Positions 59,107-64,000 of a stretch of 64,000 nt of DNA are shown piece after piece. Position 1 is the stretch's first letter. The number at the start of each line of letters is the position of its first letter. The notes under the pieces were generated by a model, which worked only from the letters and a program-made list of their open reading frames with translations, made no database searches and was not told where the DNA came from. The DNA comes from an uncultured Chloroflexia bacterium (lineage in GTDB: Bacteria; Chloroflexota; Limnocylindria; QHBO01), in assembly GCA_963814375.1 (NCBI GenBank), contig CAWFCQ010000004.1, forward strand, positions 256,001 through 320,000. Direction: 5' to 3'. Made by a program: the position numbers and the translations under genes.

Positions 59107-60470
59107 GCGCTTCGGTCGCGGCCACCTGGAGGCTGGGCCGCTATGTGCCACGCGGCGCGGCGATCCTCTCGGCGCTCATCTTCGCCAGCTACGTGATGGG
59201 CCTGGTGCGCGATCGGATCTTCGCCCGCACGTTCGGCGCCGGCGCGGAGCTCGATGCCTACAACGCGGCGTTCGTCCTGCCCGAGCTCCTCTTCGACGTC
59301 CTGGTCGAGGCTGGCCTGGCGGCGGCATTCATCCCGATCTTCGTGCGCCTGCGCTCGGCCGGGTCCGACCCGTCCGCGGCGGACTCGTTCGCGCGGACGA
59401 TTCTCACGCTCGCGGTGGCCGTGATGGGCATCGGCTCGGTCGTGCTGTTCGTCTTTGCCGATGCGACGACCGCCGTCATCGCGCCCGGGTTCACCGGAGA
59501 ACAGCGCGAGCTGTACGTGTCGCTGTTCCGGGTCATGCTGGCGACGCAGGTGCTGTTCGCGGCATCGCTCACGTTGGGCCAGGTCCTGCTCGCCGAGCAG
59601 CGCTACTTCTGGTACGGGATCGCCCCGCTGCTCTACAACGCGGGGATCGTGGCCGGCACGGTGGCGCTGAGCGCGCGGCTCGGCATTTACGCCCCGGCAG
59701 TCGGGGCCGTCCTCGGCGCCGCGCTCCACCTCGGGAGCCGCTTCGTCGGCCTGCGCGGCAGCTCGCTGCGGGTCGGCTTCGGGTGGCATCTCGGCACCGC
59801 CGAGGTCGGCGAGTTCGTGCGCCTCACGCTTCCGAAGCTGGCCAGTCAGCCGGTCGAGCCGATCGCCTTCCTCTTCTTCACGAGGGTTGCCTCGACGCTG
59901 GCGGTGGGCAGCCTCAGCGTCTTCAACTACGCCCGCAACTTCCAGAGCGTGCCGGTCAGCCTGGTCGGGGTCGCGTTCGCCATCGCCGCCTTCCCCGTGC
60001 TGTCGGCGGCCCACGCCGCCGGCGATCGGAGCGGATTCCTCCGGCTATTCCGCACGAACCTGGCGACTATCGTCGGGCTCACGGTCCTGGCTGCAGTCGC
60101 GATGGTGGTGATCGGCGAGCTCGCGATCGGCATGCTCCTCGGCGGTGGCGCATTCGGGCCGGACGAGGTGGCGCGGACCGCCACCATCCTCGCCGCATTC
60201 GCGCTGTCAGTGCCGTTCGAGAGCGTGGCGCACCTGCTCAGCCGCGCGATCTACGCCACCCGGCACACCCTGTTCCAGGCGCTGGCCTCGATCGCCGGGC
60301 TCGCGATCACGATCGTTGCCACCCTGGCGCTGGTCCCCGCGATGGACGTCGTGGCGCTGCCGATCGGCTTCGCCATCGGGCAGGCGGCGAAGGTCGCGCT
60401 GTTGGCGATCGTGCTCGCGGCTCGGATGCGGGTCTTCCCGGTCAGGAGTCCCGCGGGGTCGTCGGGATGA
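59103..60470 (+). CDS. murJ: Lipid II flippase MurJ
   Basis: GLVRD..FGAGAELDAYNAAF.LPE, AAFIP, PLLYN, SRAIYA. Confidence 0.85.
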   Translation: MSASVAATWRLGRYVPRGAAILSALIFASYVMGLVRDRIFARTFGAGAELDAYNAAFVLPELLFDVLVEAGLAAAFIPIFVRLRSAGSDPSAADSFARTILTLAVAVMGIGSVVLFVFADATTAVIAPGFTGEQRELYVSLFRVMLATQVLFAASLTLGQVLLAEQRYFWYGIAPLLYNAGIVAGTVALSARLGIYAPAVGAVLGAALHLGSRFVGLRGSSLRVGFGWHLGTAEVGEFVRLTLPKLASQPVEPIAFLFFTRVASTLAVGSLSVFNYARNFQSVPVSLVGVAFAIAAFPVLSAAHAAGDRSGFLRLFRTNLATIVGLTVLAAVAMVVIGELAIGMLLGGGAFGPDEVARTATILAAFALSVPFESVAHLLSRAIYATRHTLFQALASIAGLAITIVATLALVPAMDVVALPIGFAIGQAAKVALLAIVLAARMRVFPVRSPAGSSG

Positions 60471-61372
60471 GGACGACGAACCTGCCGTCGCGATCGGGAT
60501 ACGGCACCTTCGGGCCGAGTCCAGCCGGGACCGATCTGCTCGAAGCCCGGGGGACCCTGGAAGGCCGGCCAGTTGCGCTCCAGCTCGGCGAGGTTCTCGA
60601 AGTTGCCGGGCGGATCGGAAGCGCCCCAGATCGACGAGACGCGCGGGTACCACGGGTCGAGGATGTAGGCGCCCTCGATGGCCGCATCGGCGAAGAGTGT
60701 CGGGTCGGCATCGGCGCGGAAGCCGGTCATGACCCAGGTGTGGGCGCCCCACCACGGGAACATGACGACCGGCTTGTCCATCTCGGTGATGGCGATGGCG
60801 GAGTCGCGCAGCGCATCCGCGTAGCTCGTGTAGGCGCGAATCTCGTAGCCCGGCTCGCCGTAGGCGGCCAGCGCCAGCGAGACCGCCGCCGGCCCCCAGC
60901 CGCCATTGAGCGAGTCGTCGAGCGACTCCCACTCGCCGATGCGGTCGTGGATCTCGGTCTGGAACTCGGTGGATGCATTCCCCAGGCCGAGGATGGTGAG
61001 CACCATCTGGGTCCCGGCGACGGCGCAGTCCTTCTCGGTGATCTGTGACGTGAAGACCGCCGCGTGGTCGTCCACCACGGCGACGTCGACCGGCGTTCGG
61101 ACCAGCGGCGTCGGCGAGGGGGTCGGCGTCGCCGAAGGCGCGAGGGTGGGCTCCGGCGTCGGCGAGACGGTCGGCTCCGGCGTGACGATGACCGTTGGGA
61201 TCGTCGAGCGGTCCGGCGGGGGATCGATGAAGTTCTCGACCCGCGCCGCCCAGCGGTCGAATCGCTCGCCCATGCCGAGCACGTTCGCCTGAACGACGGC
61301 GAAACCGGTGACGAAGAGGAAGACGAGGGCCAGCCCGACGAGCGGCCAGCGACCGGGGAGATGCGACTTCAT
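60442..61372 (-). CDS. Membrane-anchored C39-like (papain-fold) cysteine peptidase (+1 frameshift at ~60503)
   Basis: SQITEKDCAVAG (Q..C), GAHTWVMTG (H), ILDPW (D); Pro-Thr linker; repaired tail PYPDRDGRFVVLIP. Confidence 0.7.
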
Positions 61373-61424
61373 GGTGGTGCGGCGGAAGGATGACAGTCCG
61401 ATCGGCCTTCGGCAACATGAGCCG

Positions 61425-62795
61425 ATGCCCCTGCGCCGCGCACTTTCGCTCGCGTTGCTCCTCGTGGCCGGCGCCGCGCTGACGCCGAACGCCGCTCGGG
61501 CGGCGACCACGACGCAGCTCGACCAGGTCTACCGCATCACCGCCACGCTCGACGTGGGCGCCGGGCGCCTCGATGCGGTCGAGGAGCTGGAGATAACGAA
61601 CCGCTCGGCGGCCGCGATCGACCACGTGAACCTGTCCGTCGTGCCGCGGGCTCTCGGCTTCCTCACCATGAACGACCCGATCACGGTCGATGGCGACGAG
61701 GTGGTCGGCGAGTGGACCACCACGATCAACCTGCGCCTTCCACTGCCCGATCTTGCCCGCGGCGACACGGCCTCCCTCCGGGTGCCGTTCCGCCTCGACC
61801 TCGCCCGAGCGCCGGACGCCTTCACCGCGCGAACGAGCGCCGACGCCGGCGTCCTCAGCTTCGGCCAGTGGTTCCCGATCGTGTCGACCGAGCACGACGT
61901 CTACGGCCTCGGTGACCCGCAGATCTCGTTCACCGCCGACGAGATCCGCCTCGATCTGACGACGACGGCACCGCAGCCGCGCGACGCGGTCGCCTGCCCC
62001 GGTCTCGAGTCCGCTCCCGAGGCGCAGGGGACGACCTGGACATGTGTCTCGACCGATGTGCGCGACTTCTCGTTCGTGGTCAATCCGCTCTTCCGCCTGA
62101 CGGAGCGGACGGTGGGCGGCACCGCGCTGCGTGTCTACACCCAGACCGTGGACGGCGCGGCGACCGCCGACCTGGCTCAGCAGGCGCTCATCGGCCTGGC
62201 CGAGGCGTTCGGCCCGTACCCGTGGCCCGATCTGGTCCTCGCCGAAGTCGGCTCAGGCGGCGGCTTCAGCATGGAGTACCCACGCATGATCCACCTGACG
62301 CGCGGAAAGGTCGCCGACCAGTACGTCGTCTACCACGAGGTCGCGCACCAGTGGTTCTACGCCCAGCTGGGCAACGAGCAGCAGGCCGAGCCGTGGCTGG
62401 ACGAGGGCTTCGCCGACTTCGCGGCGCGATACCTGATGGGCATCGGCGAGAACCAGTGCTCGGCCCGACCGGTCAACAGCAGCGTCTTCGCCTGGCCCGC
62501 GGGCCCGACGAGCGGCGGCGACTGGAGCAGCTGCGACGGCTACTTCCACGCCGTCTTCTATCGCGGCACCGAGTTCCTCACCGCGGTGCGATCAGCCATG
62601 GGCGACGCCGCCTTCTTCGTCGCGATGCGCGACTGGGTCGATCGCCATCGATTCGGGTTCACGACCGGCGCGCGCCTGCTGGGTCACCTCCAGTCACGCA
62701 CCGATGCGGATCTCGGCCCGATCTTCGACGCATACCTGGCCGATTACGCGGTGGTTGCCCCGAAGGCACCGCAAACCATGCGCAGATCGGGCTAG
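61425..62795 (+). CDS. Secreted M1-family (gluzincin) aminopeptidase
   Basis: Signal peptide; SMEYP, HEVAHQWF...WLDEG (HExxH-18-E). Confidence 0.88.
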   Translation: MPLRRALSLALLLVAGAALTPNAARAATTTQLDQVYRITATLDVGAGRLDAVEELEITNRSAAAIDHVNLSVVPRALGFLTMNDPITVDGDEVVGEWTTTINLRLPLPDLARGDTASLRVPFRLDLARAPDAFTARTSADAGVLSFGQWFPIVSTEHDVYGLGDPQISFTADEIRLDLTTTAPQPRDAVACPGLESAPEAQGTTWTCVSTDVRDFSFVVNPLFRLTERTVGGTALRVYTQTVDGAATADLAQQALIGLAEAFGPYPWPDLVLAEVGSGGGFSMEYPRMIHLTRGKVADQYVVYHEVAHQWFYAQLGNEQQAEPWLDEGFADFAARYLMGIGENQCSARPVNSSVFAWPAGPTSGGDWSSCDGYFHAVFYRGTEFLTAVRSAMGDAAFFVAMRDWVDRHRFGFTTGARLLGHLQSRTDADLGPIFDAYLADYAVVAPKAPQTMRRSG

Positions 62796-63847
62796 TCGGT
62801 GGTCGCCAGCGTTACGAGCACGTGGGCGATCGCATCGGCCATCTGCTCGAGCGTGGTGAGGTCGACGTTGTCGATCGTGTCGCAGGCCCGGTGGCTGCAC
62901 GGATCGGCCGGCTCCCCGGCGACGGCGCCGAACGTGGCCGCCTGCGCATCGGTGACCGGCTCGATGCCGCCACTGAAGAGCCCACCGGTCGGGATTCCGG
63001 CGGCGGTGAACGGGCCGTGGTCGGAGTCGCCGGCGAGGTCGATCGGCTCCCATGGCAGTCCGGCGTCCTCGAAGTAGGTCGCGAAGGCCTCCGTCAGTGC
63101 GGACGACCCCGGCGCCGCCCCCGGTTCCTCGTAGACGAACCGCACGGCGTTGGGCGAGGCGATCATGTCGAAGTTGAGGTACGCGACGATCTCGTCGCGC
63201 TCCTCGGGGTCGAGCGAGTCGACATAGGCGGTCGAGCCGAATGGTCCGCCCTCCTCCGCGGCCCAGAAGGCGAAGCGGATGGTGCGATCCGGCCGAGGGA
63301 GGTCCCGCAGGGCCTCGGCGATCGCCAGGAGCGCCGCGAGGCCCGAGCCGTTGTCATTGATCCCGGGGCTGGCGCGCACCGAGTCGAGGTGGGCGCCGAT
63401 GACGATCACGCCATCGCCGCCACGGCCGATGTCAGCGATGAGATTCTCCATGGGAATCCCTCCGGCATCGAACCTCTGGAGCTCGACGAAGTAGCTCGCC
63501 TCGGCAAGGGTGCGCCGCACATACCCGCGGCTCAGGTCGTAGCCGATGGTGCCCGTCGCCCGGTTGCCCTCCGCCATCGGCTCTTGCCGCGCGATCTGAT
63601 CGAGCGCGAGGAGGTGCTCGAGCATCGTCGGCCCATCGACCATGGCCGCAAGCTCCGCCCCGGTCAACACTGGATCCGGGGTGGGTGATGCCCTCGGCGC
63701 CTCGGCTGGACTCGCGGCGCCCGAGGACGGAGCGGCCGGCTCACTCGACGGGGTCGCCGACCCTGGGAGCTCCGGGTCGGAGGGCATCGGCGAGGCACAG
63801 CCGGCGAGGGTTAGCACCAACAAAAGCGTGCGCGCGAACCGATGCAT
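62792..63847 (-). CDS. M28-family aminopeptidase lipoprotein
   Basis: Lipobox LAGC; GAHLDS, GINDNGSG, AAEE, NFDMI, SDH, HRACDT. Confidence 0.9.
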   Translation of the reverse strand: MHRFARTLLLVLTLAGCASPMPSDPELPGSATPSSEPAAPSSGAASPAEAPRASPTPDPVLTGAELAAMVDGPTMLEHLLALDQIARQEPMAEGNRATGTIGYDLSRGYVRRTLAEASYFVELQRFDAGGIPMENLIADIGRGGDGVIVIGAHLDSVRASPGINDNGSGLAALLAIAEALRDLPRPDRTIRFAFWAAEEGGPFGSTAYVDSLDPEERDEIVAYLNFDMIASPNAVRFVYEEPGAAPGSSALTEAFATYFEDAGLPWEPIDLAGDSDHGPFTAAGIPTGGLFSGGIEPVTDAQAATFGAVAGEPADPCSHRACDTIDNVDLTTLEQMADAIAHVLVTLATTD

Positions 63848-63874
63848 CGGCCGAGGGTAGCGGAGGGACAGGCT

Positions 63875-64000
63875 CTAGCGGCCGATCCTCCGGTCGGTCG
63901 TCTCGAGGAACTCGAGGAAGCCGATGTCGCCGGGCGACTGGCCGGCGCGGGTCAGCAGCACGGCGGCCTCGCTGAACTGCTGGATGCCGTGCGAGACCAG
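63875..64000 (-). CDS. 3' end of a DinB-family protein (partial)
   Basis: LVSHGIQQFSEAAVLLTRAGQSPGDIGF* resembles a DinB C-terminal helix. Confidence 0.6.
   Translation of the reverse strand: MVSHGIQQFSEAAVLLTRAGQSPGDIGFLEFLETTDRRIGR

Noticed and set aside
60251-60470. 220 bp convergent overlap between murJ and the C39-like gene
   Set aside because: Artefact of the +1 frameshift at ~60503; the repaired gene ends at 60442

Overview
High-GC bacterial chromosome segment. Gene content and style (zinc-ribbon CxxC-x17-CxxC protein, DUF2171-like protein, Pro-Thr-linker lipoproteins, pervasive leaderless promoters) suggest Chloroflexota, plausibly Limnocylindria; this is inference. The core backbone carries thrS-infC-rpmI-rplT-pheST, cvpA-mpg-mutS2, a class A PBP, tyrS, an EF-G2 paralogue, yebC, ruvC-ruvA and murJ. 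Metabolic clusters are paaABCD and a urate/ureide catabolic cluster. An ~11 kb accessory block (35.1-46.4 kb) encodes an arylsulfatase with its FGE maturase, SHOCT/DUF6325/AI-2E membrane proteins and antiporters. Eleven single-base +1 frameshifts interrupt otherwise intact genes and are most likely sequencing errors. Repairing three of them reveals a hidden ECF sigma-receiver-PAS fusion protein (44744-46060), the best candidate for an undescribed regulatory system. Other notable items: a ~150 bp direct-direct-inverted intergenic repeat element at three loci, a secreted clan-CD-protease-like/RlpA-like fusion, a UraD with an extra domain, CTG starts (infC, a DinB-family gene) and an internally deleted symporter remnant. 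No rRNA, tRNA, CRISPR array or transposase was recognised. All family calls come from motif recognition by eye, not database searches.
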